The notes under the pieces: generated by a model
Seen by the model: only the letters and a program-made list of their open reading frames with translations
Database searches by the model: none
What the model was told of the DNA's origin: nothing
In this document: piece by piece, positions 39,777 to 50,380 of the stretch
Layout: each line of letters starts with the position of its first letter
Numbering within the stretch: the first letter of the stretch is position 1
Position numbers and translations under genes: made by a program
DNA from: Podarcis filfolensis
Taxonomy: Eukaryota
Direction: 5' to 3' (one strand)
Length of the DNA: 64,000 nucleotides
Assembly: GCA_964270895.1 (NCBI GenBank)
Contig: OZ185450.1

Positions 39777-40207
39777 TAGGGAAGGGAGAAATTCAATTTC
39801 AGTTTGTCTTTAAAAGCAAATATATCTCAGCCACAGTTTCTGATACAATACAAGAGTAGAAACGCATTTGTCATTCAAAAATTTGCTGTTCTCTGAATTT
39901 TGCAATATACTTCTCCAGCCAAGTAAAATGCGGAAAAGTGCATGTATGGGGGGGGGGAGTGTGCATAAAAATGTATGAGTTGGTGCAAACAACACATCAC
40001 ATTAAGGAAAGTTCCTTTGCAAAAATGTGTATATTGGGCAGAATTGTATACAAACATACGTATAGTTAAGAGAAGTGCGTGCCAGAATGCTGATGAATTT
40101 TCACGAGGACTTTTTTAAAAAATATATCAAAAAATGATGTGGAAATGTGGAGAGGTTAGAAAAATTAGAAATGGCGTGAAAACGAAATGGACAGATTTGC
40201 CTGCCTC
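39777..40207 (+). mobile_element. TAGGGATG-family element
   Basis: Colinear with 14268-14721. Confidence 0.55.
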
Positions 40208-40858
40208 CATTTGCTACCCAGAATGACGATGGTGGCTCACGTGTCAGGAATGAAATATGCCTCTTCTGTTCCAATTACTGACAAAGGGTTAAATGTATCA
40301 AGTAGGATTATATACCAAGAAAAACTGAACCCAGTCAAAGATTTCGAAAACACTGCAGCACTGCACAGGGGTGGGTGGGGAGAGCAAGGGGGTGAGGCGG
40401 GGGTGCCTTTGACCCAATTTGCAGAAGGCTAAGAGTCTCTAATCTTCAGTGTCTCTCCACAGAGTGCCTTGGGACAGAAGGAGCCAGAGACACAGACATG
40501 ATGCATTGTTGTTGTTATAAAAGCGAGCTCCTTGCTTTGAGCATGTTTCCAAAGATAATCCATTTCTTTCTCTGGCTATCGAAGAAACAAGGAGCTCTTT
40601 CCCGAAAGCAGGTTTTTTCCTCTTCAAGGTAGCTGTCGCTTTTGTTTACTTAAGCACTTTTTATGCAAAGACTTTGTAAAGCTCCTTTGCAATCGTGACA
40701 CTGAACAATAACCCTCGGAAGCTGGGAAAGTGCTGGAGCGAACCGTGACTTTCCATGCCTAAACAACATGCAATTTTTTTCTTTTTTTTAAAAAAGCAAG
40801 CTTCTGGCAAATGGCCAGAGCCATATCCACGGGTGTATGGATAGTGTAGTTATATAGT

Positions 40859-40879
40859 TTAGTCACTAGGTGGCACTGG
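40859..40879 (+). promoter_or_regulatory. Candidate CTCF motif
   Basis: TAGTCACTAGGTGGCACTG matches the CTCF core CCASYAGRKGGCRS with one mismatch, in non-repetitive sequence. Confidence 0.3.
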
Positions 40880-41106
40880 ACTTAACTGTATTTGGCTGGA
40901 GCCAGGAGTTTTTTGTTTGTGTTCTAGACTTGTTTAAAAAAGACAATGGCTGCATGCACACCACAGTTTATTCCCCTTTTTTGCAGCGCTTCCCTAACTG
41001 TTAAACTCCACATTAAATTTGTGCTTTCACATAACACAGTTTGGGAAATTCAGCAGAATATAGCAAAAGCTCAGTGCTAATTTCTGTGTTACTTGCTTCC
41101 AGAATA

Positions 41107-41366
41107 CAGTGGTACCTTGGGATGCGAACAGGATCCGTTCCGGAGCCCCGTTCGCATCCTGAGCAGAACGTAAGACGCGACAGTGCGTCTGTGTGTGCAC
41201 GGGTCGTGTTTCGCCACTTCCTCGCATGCGCGTGACGTCATTTTGACCGTCTGCATATGCATGAGCGGCGAAACCCGGAACTAACACGCTTCGTTACTTC
41301 CGGTTTGCCGTGGAGCGCAACCCGAAAATACTTATCCTGAAGCGTATTTATCTTGAGGTATGAGTG
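41107..41366. mobile_element. Tc1/mariner (Tigger-like) MITE, different interior
   Basis: TA TSD; CAGTGGTACCTTG / GAGGTATGAGTG termini; CpG-rich interior. Confidence 0.8.
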
Positions 41367-41522
41367 TAATAATAATAATAACAACAACAATATGTAAATA
41401 ACATTGAAATTGAAACCAGAGACATGCTCATGTCACCAAAGGAAATTGCCAGTGGCTCTTGACTTTGCAGATTCCACCTAATGCTTAACAGCTTAACCCT
41501 GGTTCCCTCTTTGTGACATACA

Positions 41523-42284
41523 TGCCAAGGCACCCAAGGCACAAAGTTCCCAAGAGGAAAATAAATCACACAGAAACGGAATATTTGGTTTGTGGGTTCA
41601 AATAAGCCACAACTTTATTGGCTACCAATGTGAGCGGTTCTGGCTTAGGCATTGGGGTGAATCCAGGCGATATCTTGACTCCTGCCTGTTTGCAGGGAGT
41701 CCCCAGAATGGTAAACTACCAATAGGGGGTTCCCTATAACTTACATCAGATAGTGGCATCCCAAGGGGTCCCCTTGGCCGTAGCCCACGTCCAGGCTTCA
41801 GACAGTATTCACACCATTTAACAGGATACCCTTACTGAGGAGGGGCAGGCAAGGCAGCAACCTCCCCTCCAACCAGACAAAGGCTTACCCAATGCCTAAC
41901 CATACAAAAGTTGTGACAATTTCTACTAGGTAGGCGAAAACCAAATGGCCGGTGCCAATTTGCCAAGTGGGAGAAAATCCTACCCAGCCCCAACAACATG
42001 GCAACCGACAACTGCCATAGCAAGGTCATATCAGAGCGAAGCATGAAAAGAGGGTGGGTGGGTAGGGTGATCTGACGAAGAAGCAAGGAAGAGGGAGCCG
42101 GCCGGCCAACCAGAAATTAAATGATCCGTGGCCACACCCACCCTGGTCACAGATTGGCTGGAGCTGTCCCCGGCACAGATAACATGACCGGCTGTGATGC
42201 GTGGGGAGGAGGGGTGATGCAGCGCACCTCTCCCTTACTCTGGAAAACTGTTGAGGCACGGCTGACTGGCTGCAATGCCGTACA
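41523..42284 (-). mobile_element. Putative solo LTR of a second family
   Basis: The minus strand starts TGTACGG, ends ..TGGCA and contains CCAATAAAGTTGTGGC near the end. TSD not identified. Confidence 0.4.
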
Positions 42285-43419
42285 CCAGATAAAAGGAGGA
42301 AAGCACTCTATTCTAGAAAAAGGTCACCCACACACGGACCCAGGCTGTTCACACAAAAAAGCACTCATCAAGCCCTTTTGCTTTACTCTTGCCCTCCAAC
42401 CCCTCACAACTCAACAGTGGTCCCTTCCACCACGTTCTGTATTCAGCCCTGGTTTCTCAGCTTGGAATTCCCCATCTCCAAATTTGAGCAAGACCTTACC
42501 TTTGCTGCCAGACAGGTGCTTCCATGTGACTGTTGGTTCTGGTCTCCCAAAGGCCAAGCACAAAAGGGTGACACTGCTGCCTTCGTTGACGGTGATGTCT
42601 GAGGTGATGTTTATAATCTGTGGAGGAACTGCAAGAAGAAAGGTGGGAAGGAATGAATACCTGTTGTAAACGAATTCTGATGCTACTTATGGGCAAGCCC
42701 TTCCAATCCAAGGCTGAATTTGGGGAAGTTAGACTATCTTGCCCAAATCCTGTTCTGCCAAGGGCAGCTGCTTTTTTTGGGGTGGGGGGATTCAGGGGCA
42801 ACAAGCACATTTATGGGTGAAGTCGACAGTCACAGCAAGAATTAGATGTAAAGCTATGAGATCATATTAATGCACAGCAAGAATAAAGCATAACACTACT
42901 AACGAATATCATTATTCGTTTGCAAATTTGATTTCTAAGAATTCATTCCTAGGCATGATAGCAGCAGGAACCTCTGGTAGCTGTAGTTGGTTGACACATT
43001 GCACCATCCTGGGACCTCTCTCTCTCCCCTGGGTCTCTTTATCTCCTCTGGGTTCCTCTCACAGTGCTTCCAGCTCTCATATTCAGAGTCTGTATCCTGC
43101 TGAGGAAGATAATTGGTGCATTACTCGTTCCCTTGTGAACCACACTTCAGAGGTCCCCAAGGACCTCCCCTAAGGGTCAGAGGGATGAGTTATGAGACTG
43201 CAGGTGCAGCTGTAGTCTTGTGACCCTGCCTGTCAAAGTCAAAGCATTTGACTTAACCAACTGGGGTCAAGAAGACAACCACTTGTCAGTCATAGGTCAG
43301 GAGCTTTCTCTTTTGCATTCCTGCAATAGTGCTGACCCTAGCAGAATATGATTAAAGCTTTCAGGACTCCAGCTTACCACTTTACAATATTATGCCAGAA
43401 TAGCAAATGCACAGTACAG

Positions 43420-43760
43420 CCCTGTGCCCGGGCACCTTTGAGGGCGTCCAAAAGGGCAATAACACAAAACAATTAAAACTTCTGAGAACAGATTAAAAGC
43501 AATCATCTAAAAACTTCTTAAAAAGCCATCTCATAGCAAATAATTTCACAATTGCCAGGAACAATTCTTTGAGCTACCAGAAACCCAGTCAAACAGGATT
43601 ATGCTTGGATTCTCCCTAAAGATTAATAGCACGGGAGACAAACATGCTTCACTAGAAAGGGAATTCCACAGACAGGAGCCAATATGCAGGAGGCCCTGTC
43701 ATAACACACCAGCAACCAAGTAACTCCACAGTGGAGAGTCTAACTGGACCTTTGGGTGGA
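43420..43760 (-). mobile_element. L2-like LINE 3' fragment
   Basis: AGGGAATTCCACAGACAGGAGCC...GAGGCCCTG is the antisense of the L2 'RAFS..APRLWNSLP' region. Confidence 0.45.
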
Positions 43761-45183
43761 AACAAACTCAAAGTGTCTTATATCCAACATTCCCTCTGTA
43801 TTTAAGATTCCAACCCTCCCTCTGTCTATTTGATGTTGGCAATGAACACCAGAGGCCTGAAAATGTGCTGCAAAGAATCAGGAACACATGGATGTGTGAT
43901 ATTTTGGGGGCTTCTGCAATCCTCAGTCCATAGAACTGTGAACATTGCTTCTATCCACTCCAGGCTTACAGCTGGGGCTGAGCATCTGGGGGGCACAGAT
44001 TATCCACCCCCAATCTAGACTCTATACAGATTTAGTGATACAGTTCTACAAAATAGCACACAGCTGTCAATGTGAATGTCTTCTAAAAGTTGAGTTCCTT
44101 TTCACCCTTTCCTTTTACAGTATCTTCTTCTCTCCCACCCCAACCATACACCTTGCCTTTTGAGGGAAGGAATTAAGAGCATTTTAAAATATCTTGAAAG
44201 ATTCGGGGGAGGGAACGAAGGAAGGGGGAGAGAGACTTTAGCTTTCAATCTGTTAGTCTGCTCCTGGCAATATAGCGTGCAGCATATTTAAAGGACAGCT
44301 GATGTCTTGTGGAAAGCTGAAAAACAACCTATGGAGAGAAATGATTCAGCCCTTTTGAATCTACATTTCCCCTATATTTCTGTTCACTGGTTCTTTATTA
44401 CAAAGGACACTGGCGCGAAAACATGTTCTTCAAGGATTCATCTGCGTCTCCGCTGTTTATTCCCCACCTGAATCATAATCTCTTGTTTGTGTCTTCACAG
44501 TTGGTTGCTATGGAAGTTATTATGTCCTTGGTATCTCACATTCACATCATGACGGGCGTAGAAAGGAATAAGAATCTTGTTGAAGGGGAAGGTGGGTTCC
44601 CCCTCCGGGCTGAAACCAAAGTCCATGGATAGAGCCGCATCGAGAACTCCGCACGACTGAACAAGTTTGAGGTGTATATTTAAATGAAGGAGATAATCCA
44701 GGATTACAAGTTCAGACATGGAAGATAAAGTCCAGCATCACCACAGGCAAGGTGAAGAGCAAGCCAGCTCTGATAGGGGACACAGACAAAAGCACTCGAT
44801 AGCAGCCACCACCTGGCGCGGAAGATTAGGGAGGGGATCTCAGGTGTGACCCTTTGTTAAGAGATGCAAGTTATTGGATTTCACCTTCGTACAGGAGTAT
44901 CACAACTCCGCAGAGCAAGGGTAGCCAACATGCTGCCCTCCAGATGCCACAGGACTGTAATTCCCATCATCTTGTGCTGGTTGAGGCCACAACATCTGGA
45001 GGGCACCACGTTAGGTACCCCGAGGGATAGGGGAGAAATTCACTCAGTTCACAGTGAAACAACCTAATTCACATGTCCTAAGCCAAGATGCAAACCAAAG
45101 GACAGCTCTCCTTCAAAATCCACAGCCTGCCAAATTTTGTGATGCACTTCCCCTAGCAAATACGGCATGCCCCCCAATGCATA

Positions 45184-45415
45184 CAGTGGTACCTCTGGTT
45201 ACGAACGCTTCTGGTTACAAACGCTTTGGGTTATGAACTCTGCTAACCCAGACATAGCTGCTCCTGGTTGCAAACTTTTGCCCCAGGAAATCGCATGCCA
45301 GAGGCGCGCAAGCATGGGAGACCCCATTAGCGAAAGCGCGCCTCAGGATAAGAACGGTTGCAGCTTAAGAACGGACCTCCGGAACGAATTAAGTTTGTAA
45401 CCAGAGGTACCACTC
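45184..45415. mobile_element. Tc1/mariner (Tigger-like) MITE
   Basis: TA TSD; TIRs CAGTGGTACCTCTGGTTAC / GTAACCAGAGGTACCACTC. Same family as 36408 and 60710. Confidence 0.9.
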
Positions 45416-46061
45416 TACATTAGTGAAAATAGTATCTGTTTTCTAAAAAGAGAGAGAAAAGTAAACAACCTCTCAATCCTCATGCAGACCTAATGGTCTG
45501 GTGCATGACTCAACAACTTTTTGCACTTAATTCTACTGCCTCTACTGAGGAGGGAGGAGAATAGACTCAGTGCACAATTCCAAATGAAGCCAGGATGCTA
45601 ATTGGCTGTACACTGCATGCAAAGGTGGCTGTGTTGGTCCATAAAAACAAGAAAATATCAAAGTTCACAGTTAAGCAATGCATTTCTTGGAATCAGCCCA
45701 AATAACACCAAAGTATGGTCAGCTTTCAAATCCTCCAGACCTCTTTGCTAGGGGAGATGTTACAGAAAACAGTTGGCAAGAGGGACAAGGAAATATATTA
45801 AACAAACACAGATGTGGGCACACAAACTACGCTTGTGTTGTAGCCATGAGGTCTTTATGTAGAGTCAGGGCAACTGACTTTTGGGTTTGGTGGATGTGCG
45901 TCAGTAAACGAGGGGAATTAAGACTAAGAGAGCTGAGTGGGGGGTGCTTGTGTAATCTCACTGTATACAAGTTGTACAAGTGACAATAAAGTATTTCAAT
46001 GTAGACAAAGTTCCAAGAAGGAGTTGTAGGCTGAGTTAGTCCCTCCCTGGTGCTATGTAAG

Positions 46062-46261
46062 CAGGGCTGGCCCAAGACATTTTGACACCTAAGATGGACC
46101 CCAAACTTGTGCTGCCCTCCCCGCCAGGGAAGAAGGGGTGAGGGAAGATCTACATCAGGAACAAAGAGGGAAAGAAAGATTGGCATTGGGATCTGCTACC
46201 CCAGTGAATCCTGCCAGCTGAGGCAGCAACCCCACCTTGCCTCATGGGTGGGCCGACCCTG
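46062..46261. mobile_element. hAT (Tip100-like) MITE
   Basis: TIRs CAGGGCTGGCCCA / TGGGCCGACCCTG; TSD TATGTAAG/TATGTAGG (7 of 8). Confidence 0.85.
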
Positions 46262-46645
46262 TATGTAGGAATGTAGGGATCAGGACTATGGCACAGAGAG
46301 TAGAAACCATAGACACTACCTTATGCAGACTCAGAGCACTGATTCTGGAATAAAGACACAATTAATGCTCCCCATGTCTAAGGAATTCAAGTATGGACTG
46401 CAAGACAGATTTGTGCAAAACTTAAACAAAACACACAGGTTCCCGAGAGAACAGCAGAAGAGACACATGACAGCGTTTAGTTTAAAAGTCAGGGGTTGAT
46501 TTTGGATGGTTTTCTAACTCAAAACAGCCAAGGGAAGCCAAATGTTTCCTGCTTGTTTCCTCCATTAATTAAATCATGTTTCTTGTTTGGGGCAGTAGTA
46601 GCCGACATGCTTCTCTCTTGATGTTGGGGATGATGGGTCTTGGAG

Positions 46646-47228
46646 CATAGCTGTCAAGTGTCCCTTATTTGAAGGGACAGTCCCTTATTCCAGCGCCATG
46701 TCCCGCTGCTGTCCCTTATTGATGGATGTCCCTTAAATGTCCCTTAAATGATGTCCCTTAAATTTCAAAGGAAGCAGCTCTTCTCCCTCCCTCCATGCCG
46801 GCCAGGGAGGAGGGAGGCTCCAACTGTGTTGCTTGGCTGTGTTGCTCACCCAATAAGAAGTTTAAGAACGACTGGGGGGTGGAGCTTGCATGCCTTGTGT
46901 GTGGCTAGTTAATGCAAGCTGAGGGGTTTTTTGAATGCTGGACGCCATTTTGTTGCACGTGCTGCTGCAAACTTTGCAGTGCAAAGCCAGGCCGGGAAGC
47001 CATCTTAAGTTGAGGCTGCATAGGCCTTATGGTGCATGTGATTCAGATTCTATTCAGTTGAACCTCTGGTTACAAAGTTGGTTGGACAGTGTTCTCGAAG
47101 CTACCAGCATGAGTTTGACCAGACTGCAGGAGGACAGGAAGACTGGAGTGCCTGGAACAGGTGAGGCTGCAGGTCCCTTATTTTAGCTGCTGGTCCCTTA
47201 TTTTCAAATCTGTAAGTTGACAGCTATG
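46646..47228. mobile_element. Non-autonomous hAT element with GTCCCTTA subterminal repeats
   Basis: Perfect 12-bp TIR CATAGCTGTCAA / TTGACAGCTATG; perfect 8-bp TSD TCTTGGAG at 46638-46645 and 47229-47236. Confidence 0.92.
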
Positions 47229-47809
47229 TCTTGGAGTCAAAGCAAGAAGCTGGACAGATGTCTGCTGGGGGTGCTCTAAGTCTAGGTTGCCTGCAGCAAA
47301 GAGGAAGCTGGACACGATGGTTCGCTAGGCCCCCAACAATTCTATGATGATGTATTGAATATTGCATCAGCCCCAGAATCAAAAGGGAAAGATAGTAGGT
47401 TAGATGTGTGCCCTTCTGTCACTATGATTTTTGTAAAAGATCTATGGATGGTATGCAGCTAAATAAACCTGCTAGTAGAAGGAATTTTGGCTGCAGATGA
47501 AACTCCTCTCCCACCCCCAAATCATTAGGTTACGGATAAAATTCAGCAATGGGAAACCTGACACTTGGGGCAGACTTCCTGGCTTCTACCTGGCTGTTGG
47601 GAGCCTCCCCAGACCACAACCCACACCAGCATTGCTTTGCACCTGCCTTCTTCATACTGGCTAGAATGTGCTCTTGAACTCTGACAATGCTTCTCGCTTG
47701 CCTGGTGGACAAAGAGGGATGTGTAAGTGTTGTGTGCTTATCACAGGCACTCCCCAGCTTATCACAGGCACTCTGAAGATAACTTTAATATAGGCCTAAA
47801 GCAGATAGT

Positions 47810-48163
47810 GGGATGCGGGTGGCGCTGTGGGTTAAACCACAGAGCCTAGGACTTGCCGATCAGAAGGTCGGCAGTTCGAATCCCCGCAACGTTGAGCTCC
47901 CATTGCTTGGTCCCTGCTCCTGCCAACCTAGCAGTTCAAAAGCACATCAAAGTGCAAGTAGATAAATAGGTACCACTCTGGCAGGAAGGTAAACGGCGTT
48001 TCCGTGCGCTGCTCTGGTTCACCAGAAGCGACTTAGTCATGCTGGCCACATGACCCGGAAGCTGTACGCCGGCTCCCTCGGCCAATAAAGCAAGATGAGC
48101 GCCACAACCCCAGAGTCGGTCGCGACTGGACCTAATGGTCAGGGGTCCCTTTACCTTTACCTT
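47810..48163 (+). mobile_element. Sauria SINE, full length
   Basis: 13-bp TSD TAAAGCA(G/C)ATAGT with one mismatch; ACCTTT tail. Confidence 0.95.
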
Positions 48164-49164
48164 TAAAGCACATAGTAAGATCCCCCCCACCTACATTTGT
48201 TCTGGGTCCCCCCCCCCACAAACCCTCCTGAGTGGATCTGGGGAAGGAGGGGGCAAGGGAGCACATGGAAAAAAGAGAGGCAGGGGAAGTTCTAATATGC
48301 AAGCAGAGAAACTTACCCTAGCATATCTGTTAAGCTGGGTAGCGGCCAAGATCTGGCTCTTTACAGTGAGCAAAATAATAACACGTAGAGACAAAGGCTC
48401 GAAAAAAATGCAAATCACAGGCAACATCTTTGTATTTGGCACATCAAGCTGTACCTGTGCTGATGGGCCGCAGCTCTTGAATTCCCCTTCTGAATGCCCC
48501 CACTTAGATAATACATTATATCATGTCATGTCAGATCAGATCCCATTCTATTTATGATTGCTTTTCTCCCCTATGTTGTATTTTGTGAAAGGAGATGATA
48601 GGGAATGAGAACAAATTATTGTGAATTGCAAGGATATAAATACACGCCATGATTCTAGTGACATCACAAACCACTCAAGCTGTGCTCCGGTGGTTTATAA
48701 TGATTGTTTCCCGAGCATCTCTCAGCATGCGTATTCATAGCTTTGTTCGCAGCTTTCCCCATATTTAATGCACATGAGGTGCACGGGTTTCACACACGGT
48801 TGCTCACAAAACTCTCATCTGAATCTCTGGTCCAAATTTGGGGGTTCTGAATGGCCTGGATCTGTTTGCAGATCAGCTCCAAAGGGTTAACAAATAGCTC
48901 TTTTCTCTATTTTTATTTTATTTTATTCTAATTCCCTGTGTTCACACCACTACACATGTGCAATGTGGTACATCTTTTTAAAAAATAAATCATTGCTAGT
49001 TACAGATATGCATGAGTGCATATGCACATGGAATAAATCAAAGAACAAAATCATGGTGCAAACATGATCACATCAGTGTATGGTGTTTAAATCCATCTAA
49101 GCATGATAACCTGCAGAGTGGAGTACAGGGAAGTGGGGTGGGGTGGGGAGACAAAACCACAATG

Positions 49165-49375
49165 TCTTCTCACATTAGTTCAAGGCCTGGGAGGCTTGGG
49201 TTCAAATCCCCACCCAGCCATGAAACTCACTGGGTGACCTTGGGCCGGTCTCTGCCTCTCAAGCTAACCCACCTCACAGGGTTGTTGTGAGGATAAAACA
49301 GGGAGAACCATTCATGTCACCTTGAGCTCCTTGGAGGAAAAGCAGGACACAAATGTAATAAATAAAGAAAATAAT
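49165..49375 (+). mobile_element. tRNA-derived SINE with L2-like tail
   Basis: GGGTTCAAATCCCCACCCAGCCATGAAACTCACTGGGTGACCTTGGGC (B box and body) with an AAATA tail. Confidence 0.7.
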
Positions 49376-49492
49376 TAAGTTGAGAAGGGAAGCAAAATAT
49401 AGGCAGAGTTAACTTCACATTCCTACATATACATTAAGATCTTAAATCGCTTTGTGTGGCTCCAGCAGGGGCCATCACCAAAGAGTCTTCCC

Positions 49493-50042
49493 CAGCGGCG
49501 TAGCATGGGTTGTCAGCACCCAGGGCAAGGCAAGTAATTTGCGCCCCCTAACCCCTAACCTGCCACCGCTGCCAGCTTCTTCTTGCTGCTGCCTGGGCTG
49601 GGGTATTTACGGTAAGGTAGCCACGGCGGCGGCGGCGGGTCCGTGTCAGGTGATCTGAGGCGAGTTGCCGCTGGTGCTGCTGCCCAAACGACGCCGCTTG
49701 CCCGGAGGAGGAGGAGGAGGGCAGAGAGGCGAGGAAAATGCAACATGGCCCAGCAGCTGCAGCAGCAGCGGCGGCAGGGGGGGCGGCGGCTGTGAGGAGG
49801 GGCTGCCTGGCATGCCCTCTGCGGTCCTGACGCGCGGGGACCGCGGCGAGCGCTGAGAGCCACTGCCTGCCGGACGCCTTCAGCCCGGACGCGCGCACAG
49901 CTCATCGGTTCCGCGAGACATGGGGCTCTGCTACAGCCTGCGCTCGAGGCTCTTCGGCGACTCAGGAGGCGGCGAGCGCGCCCCCCCAGATGTTGCGCCC
50001 GGTGCGGCCGGCCCCCCCTGCACCCCCCACGCTACGCCACTG
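49493..50042. mobile_element. Non-autonomous hAT (Tip100-like) element carrying captured host DNA (Pack-hAT)
   Basis: TIRs CAGCGGCGTAGCATGGG / CCCACGCTACGCCACTG (15 of 17 match). Perfect 8-bp TSD GTCTTCCC at 49485-49492 and 50043-50050. Subterminal TTGCGCCC near both ends. CpG-dense interior within CpG-poor flanks. Confidence 0.88.
49920..49985 (+). pseudogene. GNAL: Captured 5' fragment of G-protein alpha-olf long isoform (XLGolf) exon 1
   Basis: MGLCYSLRSRLFG versus human GNAL long-isoform N-terminus MGLCYSLRPLLFG (11 of 13, from recall). Strong Kozak context GAGACATGG. The rest of exon 1 (..[21 protein letters not shown]) is absent; the frame runs into the transposon end. Confidence 0.75.
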
Positions 50043-50234
50043 GTCTTCCCTGCTGCTTACCCTATTTATTGTCTTTTGAGCACTAGGGGAAGAGAACTTT
50101 ATACTTCATTAAGTTTTTTACGTGCAGTTTTAATCTTCCTGACTGTTCTTTGCTGCTTTTATGTTAGCTTATCGTATTTACATGTTATTTTATTCATTGT
50201 GTGTGTGTGGGGGGGTGGATTATAAACTGCCCTG

Positions 50235-50380
50235 GAAATCATAGAACTGTAGAGTTGAAAGGGACCACGAGGATCATCTAGTCCAACCCCCTGTGATGCA
50301 GGAATCTTTTGCCCAGCATGGGCCTCATACCCACAACCAAGATTGAGCGTCTCACGGTCTACCAACTGAGCTACCCCAGC
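50235..50380 (-). mobile_element. tRNA-Lys-derived SINE with CR1-like tail
   Basis: The minus strand GCTGGGGTAGCTCAGTTGGTAGACCGTGAGACGCTCAATCTTGG..GTGGGTATGAGGCCCATGCTGGGC resembles tRNA-Lys(CTT). It ends in the CR1 terminus GGTCCCTTTCAACTCTACAGTTCTATGATT. Confidence 0.75.

Noticed and set aside
49546-49560. Telomere-like (CCCTAA)2
   Set aside because: Only two units, within the transposon's subterminal region; not an interstitial telomere.
49400-50300. Bona fide GNAL promoter and exon 1 at this position
   Set aside because: The coding match ends after about 20 codons, no G-alpha motifs or downstream GNAL exons are visible in the remaining 14 kb, and the island is bounded by TIRs with a perfect TSD.
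50235-50380. Functional tRNA-Lys gene
   Set aside because: The anticodon arm and T-arm are mutated and the sequence is fused to a CR1 tail, so it is a SINE.
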